Assembly: GCA_043750125.1 (NCBI GenBank)
Contig: JAYVCD010000029.1
Coordinates: 1-33,955 of the forward strand
Source: Archangiaceae bacterium
Lineage (GTDB): Bacteria > Myxococcota > Myxococcia > Myxococcales > Myxococcaceae
Length of the DNA stretch: 33,955 nt
Direction of reading: 5' to 3'
Shown here: positions 8,162 to 16,674 of the stretch, piece by piece
Position numbering within the stretch: position 1 is the first letter of the stretch
Layout of the letters: every line of letters begins with the position of its first letter
The notes under the pieces: generated by a model
What the model was told of the DNA's origin: nothing
Databases searched by the model: none
Seen by the model: only the letters and a program-made list of their open reading frames with translations
Made by a program: the position numbers and the translations under genes

Positions 8162-9354
8162 GCGGCCCCGGCTTCGAGGGCTTGACCGAGATCGGCGAGC
8201 AAATCAGCCACGTCTTCGATTCCCACCGCCAGGCGAATCAGGTTGTCGCGAATGCCAATCTGCAGCCGCTGCTCGGTCGTCATTTCATAGAACGACATCA
8301 GCGCCGGCTGTTCGATCAAGGTCTCGACTCCACCGAGCGAGGGGGCGAGCGTGGCCACCTTGCAGGCGTCGATCACCTTCGAGGCCGCGTCGAGCCCGCC
8401 GCGGACGAGGAAGCTGACCACTCCACCGCCGCCGCGCAGTTGCTCGCGGGCGATCGCGTGGTCCGGGTGGCTGGGAAGAAAGGGGTAATAGACCTGCTCG
8501 ACCCGGCGGTGGCCCTCGAGGAACCGGGCGATGGCCAACGCGCTTTGGTTTTGCCGGTCGACCCGCAGCGCGAGGGTCTTGATTCCGCGGACGAGCAGGT
8601 AGGCGCTCTGGGGGTCGAGGACGCCGCCCATCACTCCGCGAAAATCTCTCAGCGCCGAGAGCAAGGCGGGGTTGCCGCAAACGGCGCCGGCGAGCAGATC
8701 GTTGTGGCCTCCGAAATACTTGGTGCACGAATGGAGGACGAGGTCGGCACCCAGCTCGAGTGGCCGCTGGTTGATCGGGGTGGCGAAGGTCGAGTCGATC
8801 AGGATCTTCACCCCGCTGTGGCGATCTCGAATCTTCGCCAGGCGGGGCAAATCGACGACGCGCAGGTAGGGGTTGGTCGGCGATTCCGAAATGAGCAGCC
8901 GCGTCTTCCCGGGGACGATCGCCGCCTCGAGCCCTTGATAGTCGCCGGGCTCGACCAAGGTGGCGGTCACTCCAAACCGACCGAGCACGGTTCCGACGAA
9001 CTGCCGCGTTCGGCGATAGCAGTCCGAGGTCATCACCACGTGATCGCCGGTCTTCAGCAGCAGCAGCAAAGTGGTGGTGACGGCCGACATTCCGCTGGGG
9101 AAGAGGACGCAGTCGCCCGCGCCCTCGAGGTGCGCGAGCTTCAATTCCGCCGCGCGCACGGTCGGGTTGCCGTAGCGGCCGTACTCTTCGCGGTCGATGT
9201 CCCCATCGAAGTAGGAACGCAGCTCAGCGGTCGATTCGAAGACGAAGGTCGACGCGTTGATGATCGGAGTGGTGATCGCGTCGTGCGCTTTCTTGCGAGG
9301 TTCACCCCCGTGCACCGAGAGGGTGCTGAACGAGACAGGCTTTTCGGTCGACAT
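8158..9354 (-). CDS. metB: Cystathionine gamma-synthase (PLP-dependent transsulfuration enzyme)
   Basis: YGRYGNPT, SGMSA, ESPTNP, DSTFATP, HSCTKYFGGHND (PLP Lys) and SLGGVETL. Real start is ATG 9354 or 9369. The stop overlaps the thrA start. Confidence 0.88.
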   Translation of the reverse strand: MSTEKPVSFSTLSVHGGEPRKKAHDAITTPIINASTFVFESTAELRSYFDGDIDREEYGRYGNPTVRAAELKLAHLEGAGDCVLFPSGMSAVTTTLLLLLKTGDHVVMTSDCYRRTRQFVGTVLGRFGVTATLVEPGDYQGLEAAIVPGKTRLLISESPTNPYLRVVDLPRLAKIRDRHSGVKILIDSTFATPINQRPLELGADLVLHSCTKYFGGHNDLLAGAVCGNPALLSALRDFRGVMGGVLDPQSAYLLVRGIKTLALRVDRQNQSALAIARFLEGHRRVEQVYYPFLPSHPDHAIAREQLRGGGGVVSFLVRGGLDAASKVIDACKVATLAPSLGGVETLIEQPALMSFYEMTTEQRLQIGIRDNLIRLAVGIEDVADLLADLGQALEAGAA

Positions 9355-9631
9355 GTCGGGGTGCGGCATACTGCATCTGTAGAATGTTGCAGTCGGCCAG
9401 TGATCGTCCGCGCGCAGTTCCAGGCCAAATGCGATGAGGGCCTCGCGCTGTGTGCCGTTGCTGGAGCCGACGCGGAAGCGTGCGCCCGGCTGACCGCGCG
9501 CTGCACCGAAGGTGTGGACGGAATCCCCCCCGGTCTCGACGGCGGCAGCTGCCAGTAGCCTGCGCCGGGTCCACCGTCCCGGGGGCCGCGTGCTCCCGGG
9601 TCGTTGGGCAACTGCAGGCCTGCGCGTCTCT

Positions 9632-11233
9632 TCAGAAGGGCGCCGGCGCTTCGAGCGCAATCCGTTCGAGGGTGCGCGGGTGAGTGAAGGTCAAGGCCTC
9701 GGCGTGCAGCAGCAACCGGGTGTCATTCGTTCCGTAAAGGCGATCGCCGACGATGGGCGCGTTGAGGCCCAGCGGGTGGGCGGCGTGAACCCGAAGTTGA
9801 TGGGTCCGGCCGGTGCGTGGAAACAGCGCGACGCGCGTTCGGTTCGAGGTTCGCTCGAGCACGCGCCATTCGGTCAGCGCCGATTTTCCATGCTCGGGGT
9901 CGTAGATCTGTCGCGGGCGATCGGTTGGGTCGAGCCGAAGCGGAAGCTCAACCTGGCCTTGATCCCTCGCCACCGTGCCCTCGAGCCAGGCGATGTAGCG
10001 CTTCTCGATTTCGCGCAGCGCGAACTGCCGCTGAATCGCCGCGTGTGTCGCGGGATCTTTCGCCACGAGCATCAACCCAGAGGTGTCCAAATCGAGCCGA
10101 TGCACGACCAGGGGCTCGGCGAGGCGTTGCCCCAACCTCACCCACACCGAGTCGCGAAGCTTCGCGTGGCGCCCGGGCACCGAGAGCAGGCCTGCCGGCT
10201 TGTCGATGACCACCACCCAGTCATCTTCGAAGACCACGCGGGGCTCGGCGAGCGCAGCCGAATCAGATCCCAACAGCGAAGGCGCTTCGACCCCTGAGCC
10301 CTCGAGCATGAAGGGAAGGACGATTCCGCACTTCCCGCGACACGCAGGGTAATACGCGCCGGCGCGACGCGCTCCGGAAGCCGGCGGAGCTCCCCACCAG
10401 AACTCGGCGAGCGCGAGCGGACGAAGGTGCCGTCGGTACGCTTCGCCGAAGAGTCGGGGAGCCGCGCAGTCCCCAGCTCCTCCGGGTGGAGGGTTGTCTG
10501 AACCGAAGATTTCCCGCAGCGTTCGGTGCTCGCCGTGGGCGTTCGTCACTGTGTAGAGGTCCTGCATCTGGATCAGAAGTTGGTTTGAACGTTCGGCGCG
10601 GCGCGTCTCGACCGTGATCCGCTGCGCGTCGACGGGGCGAAGTTGTGACTCGAGAGCTTCGCGCTCGAGGTCGAACGCGGCATCGAAGCGGCGGCGCTCG
10701 GCGGTATCGGCGCGGCTTTGCTGATCGAGCACCTGGCTGTCACCGCCGGCGTCGCGCGCCTGATGCCGAATTTTTCGGCTTTCGCGGTGGCGCAACTGAA
10801 GCTGGATCAGGCTTTCCTGGTGATGCTCGAGCAGCAGCGCGAGGGCCGATCGAACCCCGGGTGGCCCGTCGACGAGCGCGCGATGCTCGAGCTCGAGGGC
10901 GCGCAGCTCGTCCTGTCCACCGGGCCAGAACGCTTCGAACGCGCGCAGATCAAACAGCGGAGGCGCAAACCCTTCGGCGTGCCAGCGACCGTCGAGCATT
11001 CCCGAAAATGCGCGCAACGTTCCGATGCGACCCTCGGGCGTCGCGACGACCAGCACTCCAAACATCTTTCCGGCTTCCGGTGCTTCGAGCGCTGTGAAGC
11101 CCGGGCTGCGCAGGTGGGCTTGAAGCTCTTCGGCCGCACGAAGCGCCAATGGCTGGGGCGCAATGGGATCGAACGGGCTCGGAAATCGCGTTGGCAGCGC
11201 ACTCGGGTGAGGTTGAGGGTCGAAGAGGATCAC
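9632..11233 (-). CDS. RluA-family pseudouridine synthase with long N-terminal extension
   Basis: KPAGLLSVPG, HRLDLDTSG (catalytic Asp), GRTHQLRVH, PIVGDRLYG and LHAE. The N-terminal part has GKMFGVLV and GDCAAPRL...AEFWWG...PACRGKC. Confidence 0.92.
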   Translation of the reverse strand: MILFDPQPHPSALPTRFPSPFDPIAPQPLALRAAEELQAHLRSPGFTALEAPEAGKMFGVLVVATPEGRIGTLRAFSGMLDGRWHAEGFAPPLFDLRAFEAFWPGGQDELRALELEHRALVDGPPGVRSALALLLEHHQESLIQLQLRHRESRKIRHQARDAGGDSQVLDQQSRADTAERRRFDAAFDLEREALESQLRPVDAQRITVETRRAERSNQLLIQMQDLYTVTNAHGEHRTLREIFGSDNPPPGGAGDCAAPRLFGEAYRRHLRPLALAEFWWGAPPASGARRAGAYYPACRGKCGIVLPFMLEGSGVEAPSLLGSDSAALAEPRVVFEDDWVVVIDKPAGLLSVPGRHAKLRDSVWVRLGQRLAEPLVVHRLDLDTSGLMLVAKDPATHAAIQRQFALREIEKRYIAWLEGTVARDQGQVELPLRLDPTDRPRQIYDPEHGKSALTEWRVLERTSNRTRVALFPRTGRTHQLRVHAAHPLGLNAPIVGDRLYGTNDTRLLLHAEALTFTHPRTLERIALEAPAPF

Positions 11234-11240
11234 GGCCTTT

Positions 11241-11648
11241 TCACAAACTGTCTGCGTGCAGCTCGAGGGGAGGCAACGTTCCGCCCGTGCAGTTGCACGC
11301 CACGAAGGCCGGTGAGTTTCGACGGGCCATGTTCTGTTCCATCGACGGTCCGATCGTCCCCCGCGGGTAACCGGCTGCGACGCAGCGGGCCTGGCAAAGG
11401 TTCTCGCGCGCTACGTCATTCGCCGCGACTCCGGCGAACTGCACCAGCGCCCCGAACACGATGCCGAGGAAACTTCCGATCATCAACCACCGGCTGAAAG
11501 TTCCGTGCTCTCCGCGGAAGAGAGCCACGATCACGCCGAATTGCTTCGATCTCTTCCAGCCCCCTTTGGCGAACAGGATCCCCAGGAAAGCCACCGCCGA
11601 GAGGAAGAAGATCGCGACTCCGACGATGAACACCGGGTGCGGGCGCAT
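11241..11648 (-). CDS. Hypothetical membrane protein, two TM segments plus a small Cys-containing domain
   Basis: Two hydrophobic stretches, then CQARC...ACNC. Confidence 0.6.
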   Translation of the reverse strand: MRPHPVFIVGVAIFFLSAVAFLGILFAKGGWKRSKQFGVIVALFRGEHGTFSRWLMIGSFLGIVFGALVQFAGVAANDVARENLCQARCVAAGYPRGTIGPSMEQNMARRNSPAFVACNCTGGTLPPLELHADSL

Positions 11649-11716
11649 TGCCGCATCGCAGCACGCTCAGGCGCAGCAACCAAGCAGACAGACGTGTCAC
11701 TCGGCCCCCCCCCCAG

Positions 11717-11776
11717 GCACGGGGTGCTGGGAGCACGGGGTGCTGGGCGCACGGGGTGCTGGGCGCACGGGGTGCT
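11717..11776. repeat. Tandem 16-bp repeat GCACGGGGTGCTGGG(A/C), about 3.75 copies, preceded by a C10 run (11705-11714)
   Basis: Units start at 11717, 11733, 11749 and 11765. Confidence 0.92.
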
Positions 11777-11799
11777 TCGGGGTCGGTGGTACGAAGGGG

Positions 11800-13263
11800 T
11801 CAGGGGCGCAAGAGCCACGGAAGCGAACTGGCCGCCATCACGCTGGGAAACTGATTGAGCGTCGCCGCCGGCACGCCGACTCCGGCCATGATCGTCCGCC
11901 ACAGGTGGGCCGCGGGAACGCGCCGATCATTGACGAGGGTTCCCTGAGCATCCGGAACCCCGGTCACGAGGTCGGGCATTCGGTAGCGGTAGTGATGCCC
12001 ATCGCCATCGGCTGAGTCCGCCACGATGTCGCCGTAGTAGCCGCCGCGGATCATTCCACCGGCCAGGATGACTCCGTTCTTTCCTTCGTCGCCCGAGCTT
12101 CCCGACGCCGGAGCCCGCCCGCCATCGGACGTAGACACCACGATCAACGTGCGGTCGTAGATCCCCGCGAGCTTCAACTTTTCAATCAAGCGCACCAGCG
12201 GCAACACGGTGATCTCGGTCTGCGCTTTCATCTGGGGCGCGGTGCGCTCACCGTGGACATCGCCGATGTCGATCTCGATCGCCACTGACCGGGTCAGGCC
12301 CGAGCTCACCAACTTGAACGCGTAGGCCGCCTGTTCCCACGCTTCGATCGTCGTCCGACCGTACTTCCCCGGAACGCCCGCGGACCAGTACGCCCTCTCC
12401 TCGACGGTCAGCGGCAGTGAAAAGGAAGCGGTGGTCACCTTGCCCAACACCCCACTGGCCTCAGCCAGTTGCGCGGTGTGGTTGGTCATCGACTGGGTCG
12501 ACAGCTTGCGGCGCGCCGCGAGGGCCCGATCGAAGCGGCCCAGTCCTTTCTCGACGAAGCGCGCATCGGCGGGAGGCAAGATGCTGATCGCCGAGCTCGT
12601 CGACGGGAACGCACGCAGCAACGCGTCTACGTCTTGATATCGGTCGGGCTCCGAGCCCGAGAGCCCGGCTCCGAAGTGGTAGATCGCCCCCGCGCGCTGG
12701 GTCCCCTTGATGATCACCCCATTGTGAAGTCCGGGCGTGAGTTGTTTCTGAATCCGGTTGTGAAGCGCGATCGGCGTGGGTGTCGAGGAGTAGTTCGCCC
12801 CTTCCCCGTTGTTCTGCCCCGGCTCGCCTTCCCACATCGGCAGCCGCGTTCCTGCGCCCTGCTGGGCTCCCCGCCCCGGCGAACGAATCGGATTGCTCGC
12901 CTCATGACCGTGCACCGGCCCGTAGGTGAGCTCGCACAACTCGACCATCGCCACGGTGTCGAGGTGCGGCTGAAGGACCAGCGACTGCGGGGTGAGAAAC
13001 ACATTGTTCGCAAACGACGACAACTCGCTTTGCGAAAAGAACAGCGCGGCCTTCCTCCCGAATTCACCCCGTCGAAGGTTCGCGTCCTTGGCAAGGCCGG
13101 GAGCGACCATCACGTGGCCGAAGTCGAGCTGATCGCGCAGGCAGATTTCGATCAAATACGACGGGCCGACCACCTCGCCCCAGGCAGAGCTCGCGCGCAG
13201 CAGCGAAGGCGCGGCGGCGGCGGCGCAGGCCCCTTGAAGCAACGAGCGTCGACTGAGCTTCAT
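11800..13263 (-). CDS. Tat-exported DUF1501-like protein
   Basis: MKLSRRSLL twin-arginine signal. C-terminal GDVHG...YDRTLIVVSTSDGGRAP...ILAGGMIRGGYYG matches the DUF1501 pattern. Confidence 0.75.
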   Translation of the reverse strand: MKLSRRSLLQGACAAAAAPSLLRASSAWGEVVGPSYLIEICLRDQLDFGHVMVAPGLAKDANLRRGEFGRKAALFFSQSELSSFANNVFLTPQSLVLQPHLDTVAMVELCELTYGPVHGHEASNPIRSPGRGAQQGAGTRLPMWEGEPGQNNGEGANYSSTPTPIALHNRIQKQLTPGLHNGVIIKGTQRAGAIYHFGAGLSGSEPDRYQDVDALLRAFPSTSSAISILPPADARFVEKGLGRFDRALAARRKLSTQSMTNHTAQLAEASGVLGKVTTASFSLPLTVEERAYWSAGVPGKYGRTTIEAWEQAAYAFKLVSSGLTRSVAIEIDIGDVHGERTAPQMKAQTEITVLPLVRLIEKLKLAGIYDRTLIVVSTSDGGRAPASGSSGDEGKNGVILAGGMIRGGYYGDIVADSADGDGHHYRYRMPDLVTGVPDAQGTLVNDRRVPAAHLWRTIMAGVGVPAATLNQFPSVMAASSLPWLLRP

Positions 13264-14450
13264 GGCGACTGCCTGGGACCTTCGAATGAGCGCACCACCG
13301 CGGGGTGGGAAAAGGCTTCGATCGCGAGCAGCGCCAACGACGGCCGCGGCTGCTTCGCCTTTGCAGCCATCACCACGTCTTCGAGCACGTCGGGAGGCAA
13401 CGTGAACACCGTCGACTCGGGAAGCCCGAAGGCAAACCCGAGCAGGCCCCCGACGCTGCAGGTCCAGAACGCCGACGAGGTCGCGAACGCCTCGGCGACC
13501 CCCGCCAGGTTCTGCACCGGCTTTCCGAAGACCTGGGAGGCCTCACTGCTGGAAACCATCGGGTCGATCATGTGAGACGTAAACAGCCCGTCCACGCTTC
13601 GGCCCTGCTCGCCGCCTTCCACCTGTCGGCCCGTCGCCGCCGCGATCCACCGCCCGTCCTGGTTGAACTTCACGAACGGCTGCGCGTGGGCGCCGAATTG
13701 GCTGTGGCAGGTGTAGCAGGCAAAGCCATTGCCGAAGGTTCCCGACGCGCTGCCTTCCACCTTGTCTTGCTGAAACAGGGGAATCAGCACCGCGCGTTCC
13801 AGCGGAGGCTGCTCGGTGAGGGGCAGCGGGTAGTCCTTGCAGGCAAACGTTCGCAGCATCGTGCGCGCACGCTTGAGATTGAACCGCGAGGCGTTGTTGG
13901 AAAGAAACGCCCGGGTGGTGAGAACGCCGGCGGCATAGGGCGCTCCGGTGTCACAGGGCGCCTTCCGCCCCGCATCGTCAATGCAGTAATCGGCGGTGAG
14001 CAATTCAGAGTGCGGCAAGCCATTGCGCGCGAGGTACGCGGCGAGATTTCCGGGCAGCTCGAGGTTCAAATCTCCGCGCTTGCCACTGGCCTTCAGACGG
14101 GTCGAGATCCACTCGCGCGCCATCAGCACGAAGCCTTCTTCCCGCGTCCAGCCTTCGATGATCGCCGGCAACGCCGCCCCACCCTGCCGGGCAATCTGCT
14201 CGATTTCTTCGGCCCGCAGCGATCGCCCCGCCACCATCGGAGCCAGCCGCCGCAAGTACGACTCGACCTGGCTCGCCGTCAGCTTCGCGCGCAGCTCGTT
14301 CAACGAAGGCTCGTAGGGCGGGTCCAGCGGGACGTACACCGTTCCCACCACCGGCAAGGGCCACTTCACGACGGGAACCGGCTCTCCTACCTCGGCCACG
14401 CAGGCGCCCAACACCAGCGCGAATGCCGCGGCACCGAACCCGCGTTTCAT
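13260..14450 (-). CDS. Lipoprotein with a single CxxCH c-type heme motif (DUF1588/DUF1585-like cluster partner)
   Basis: MKRGFGAAAFALVLGAC lipobox, AGVLTTRAFL and ACYTCHSQF. ATGA overlaps at both ends. Confidence 0.7.
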   Translation of the reverse strand: MKRGFGAAAFALVLGACVAEVGEPVPVVKWPLPVVGTVYVPLDPPYEPSLNELRAKLTASQVESYLRRLAPMVAGRSLRAEEIEQIARQGGAALPAIIEGWTREEGFVLMAREWISTRLKASGKRGDLNLELPGNLAAYLARNGLPHSELLTADYCIDDAGRKAPCDTGAPYAAGVLTTRAFLSNNASRFNLKRARTMLRTFACKDYPLPLTEQPPLERAVLIPLFQQDKVEGSASGTFGNGFACYTCHSQFGAHAQPFVKFNQDGRWIAAATGRQVEGGEQGRSVDGLFTSHMIDPMVSSSEASQVFGKPVQNLAGVAEAFATSSAFWTCSVGGLLGFAFGLPESTVFTLPPDVLEDVVMAAKAKQPRPSLALLAIEAFSHPAVVRSFEGPRQSP

Positions 14451-15052
14451 TGGGACACCAGCTCGAGCGAGGACAGCAGGCTCAGACAGCTCGCCCGCCA
14501 ACGCGCCGCCGTCGGCTCTTCGGCAATGACCTCATCTAAGAGCTGCAGGTCTTCGGCGGTGGAAGCGCGGCCCCAGGCGGCGCGGGAAAAGGGATCCAGG
14601 CCCGTGCGCCAATCGGGGTACCGGGTTTTCATCCGCGGGTCATCGCAGACCGGAAACAGTGCCTGCACCCAGGTCGCCATCCGCTGGGCGCTCCACGTCA
14701 AATCGGGAGCGACGTTCGCTCCAAAATCATGCGCGCCCAGATCCAACCGCCGCGCCTCCAGCTGCGCAAACATCGGGTCCGAGGTCGGCACGCCCGCCAC
14801 CGCGGCCACCCGATTGAGCCGGACTTGAAAAGGAAGCAGCGCCACGCGATCGACCGAGGGAACGAAAGCCCGCTCGGTGCGGACCCGCGCAACCGGAACG
14901 ACGGGCACGGGACCTGCGCTGACCGGAATCACCCCTTCGACCGGCTTCTTCAGCGGGGTATCAATCAGTGCGTCGCAGCCACTGAGCGCCACCAGTGCCA
15001 CCCATATTTTTGCGGTTGCACTGCAAACCTGAAGGGTTGGGCGGCCGGGCAT
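14447..15052 (-). CDS. Hypothetical lipoprotein, first gene of the DUF1501-like operon; start uncertain (15052 or 15082)
   Basis: KIWVALVALSGC lipobox. It ends WRASCLSLLSSLELVSQ, and its stop overlaps the next ATG. Confidence 0.65.
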   Translation of the reverse strand: MPGRPTLQVCSATAKIWVALVALSGCDALIDTPLKKPVEGVIPVSAGPVPVVPVARVRTERAFVPSVDRVALLPFQVRLNRVAAVAGVPTSDPMFAQLEARRLDLGAHDFGANVAPDLTWSAQRMATWVQALFPVCDDPRMKTRYPDWRTGLDPFSRAAWGRASTAEDLQLLDEVIAEEPTAARWRASCLSLLSSLELVSQ

Positions 15053-15208
15053 CGAAGGGCGACAAGGCAAGGCCGAGGCCACATTGAGATAAATGCCCGG
15101 TTCAGTCGTTCTCGCGAGTTGGGGGTGGATCCACCCTCGGCAATCGGAGTGTTTCCCCCTCGCGTGTAGTCGAACCGGTCAGAAGAAAAGAAAGCTGCGC
15201 TTGAAGCT

Positions 15209-16114
15209 TCAGTACCCTTCGGCGCCGAGCAACGCCGCGCCCACTGCGCCGCTGTCGTCCCCGTGTGCGGCGAGCGCGACTTTGAGGCCCGACCGACTGA
15301 CGGCCAGAGTCCGCTCACCGATGGTGTCGATGACGCGCTGAACCAACCGCGGGGAGCGGGTCATCACCCCGCCGCCCAACACCACGAAGCCAGGGTTGAG
15401 CACCGTCACCACGTTCGCGATCGCAAGAGCGAGGGCAGACGACGAAAACTCCCACAGCTTTTTTGCTTCCGCGTTGCCCGAGTGCGCCTGCTCTTCGAGG
15501 TTCGAGGCCGAGCCCTTGAGTCCGACTTCCTTCATCAGCAGCTCGATGTTCGAGCCGCCCGCGTACGCCTCGAGGCAGCCCTTCTCGCCGCAGCCGCACG
15601 CGCGACCGCCCTCGGCGAGAACCTTGATGTGACCCAGCTCACCGGCCACCCCGCCTGCGCCTGCGATCAGCTTTCCGTCCGAGATGATCGCGCTGCCGAT
15701 CCCCGCTCCGACGAGGACGGTATAGGTGTGTGACTCGCCTCGTGCGGCTCCGACTTTGAGCTCGCCCCACGCGGCGGCCTTGGTGTCGTTGACGACCTTC
15801 ACCGGCCGGCCGAGCTCGCGACCGAGCAGGTCTCCCAACGGAACGTTGCGCCAGCCGAGCGTGGGGGAAACAACGATGTCATTTCCATGCATCTGGCCCG
15901 CGGCGCCGACTGCGCACGGCAGCGGCGTTTCGGCGCCGGCCTGCTTCGAGACCTTGTTCATCAACTGCGCGAGGGCCTTGACCACCGCCTGGGGCGACTT
16001 GTCGTCGTGTGCCTGGTTCACCGAGGCGACGACGCGTCCGACGCTGCGGTCGATGACCACCGCGCGCATGTACAAGCCGCCAAGATCCACTCCGAGTGCG
16101 AGCGCGCTAGCCAT
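15209..16114 (-). CDS. ROK-family sugar kinase (glucokinase-like)
   Basis: LGVDLGG, VVND, GAGIG, AGELGHI and CGCGEKGCLEAY. ATG 16114 follows a GGAG RBS. Confidence 0.9.
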   Translation of the reverse strand: MASALALGVDLGGLYMRAVVIDRSVGRVVASVNQAHDDKSPQAVVKALAQLMNKVSKQAGAETPLPCAVGAAGQMHGNDIVVSPTLGWRNVPLGDLLGRELGRPVKVVNDTKAAAWGELKVGAARGESHTYTVLVGAGIGSAIISDGKLIAGAGGVAGELGHIKVLAEGGRACGCGEKGCLEAYAGGSNIELLMKEVGLKGSASNLEEQAHSGNAEAKKLWEFSSSALALAIANVVTVLNPGFVVLGGGVMTRSPRLVQRVIDTIGERTLAVSRSGLKVALAAHGDDSGAVGAALLGAEGY

Positions 16115-16273
16115 GTTCTCAAGCTCCGTTGTTGAACGACTGCTGAAGGCCATGCGCAATAGCTCCGGCCATGGCCAGCCGCAACACGTCTTATCGGGTG
16201 TGGCCAGACAGCGACCCGGCCGACTTTGTGTGCCATCACTGCCTCCCAAAACAGATCAAGGAGCTTCAACCCC

Positions 16274-16645
16274 ATGGACCCGAAGGCCGCCGTCGTCGAA
16301 CCCGTCAAGGAAAAGCAGACCGTCAAGCAGATCGCCGAAAAGGACTACGACGCGGAAGTCCTCAAGGCCACTGAGCCGGTGGTGCTCGATTTCTACTCGG
16401 CAGACAGCGCTCCGTGCGCGGCGCTGGCTCCGCGGTTCGGAGCGGTCGCAGAAAAGTTCGAGGGCAAGATCCGCTTCTTCAAGATTTTGCGCGGAGAGAA
16501 TGACGCGCTCGCGAAGAAGCTGAACGTCACGGCCAGCCCGACGCTGATTTTCTACAAGAGCGGCAAAGAGATGGGCGAGCGGCTGAGCGGCGACGACATC
16601 AAGCGCACGTCGTTGAAGGCATCGGTCGAAGCGCTGCTCAAGTAG
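16274..16645 (+). CDS. Thioredoxin-fold protein with SxxC active site
   Basis: DYDAEVLKATEPVVLDFYSADSAPCAALAP...VTASPTLIFYKSG. AGGAG RBS. Confidence 0.85.
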   Translation: MDPKAAVVEPVKEKQTVKQIAEKDYDAEVLKATEPVVLDFYSADSAPCAALAPRFGAVAEKFEGKIRFFKILRGENDALAKKLNVTASPTLIFYKSGKEMGERLSGDDIKRTSLKASVEALLK

Positions 16646-16674
16646 TGAAGTCCGAACAGGGCCGGGGTGGCTCG

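Noticed and set aside
6698-9558. Long + strand ORFs 6698-8185 and 8041-9558
   Set aside because: They are antisense shadows of thrA and metB, typical of high-GC DNA. Only the last ~53 codons of the second lie outside metB with coding-like features.
9370-9630. SAM riboswitch upstream of metB
   Set aside because: No SAM-I or SAM-II consensus elements were recognisable by eye; an Rfam scan would be decisive.
11717-11776. CRISPR array
   Set aside because: The 16-bp units are contiguous with no spacers, and there are no cas genes.
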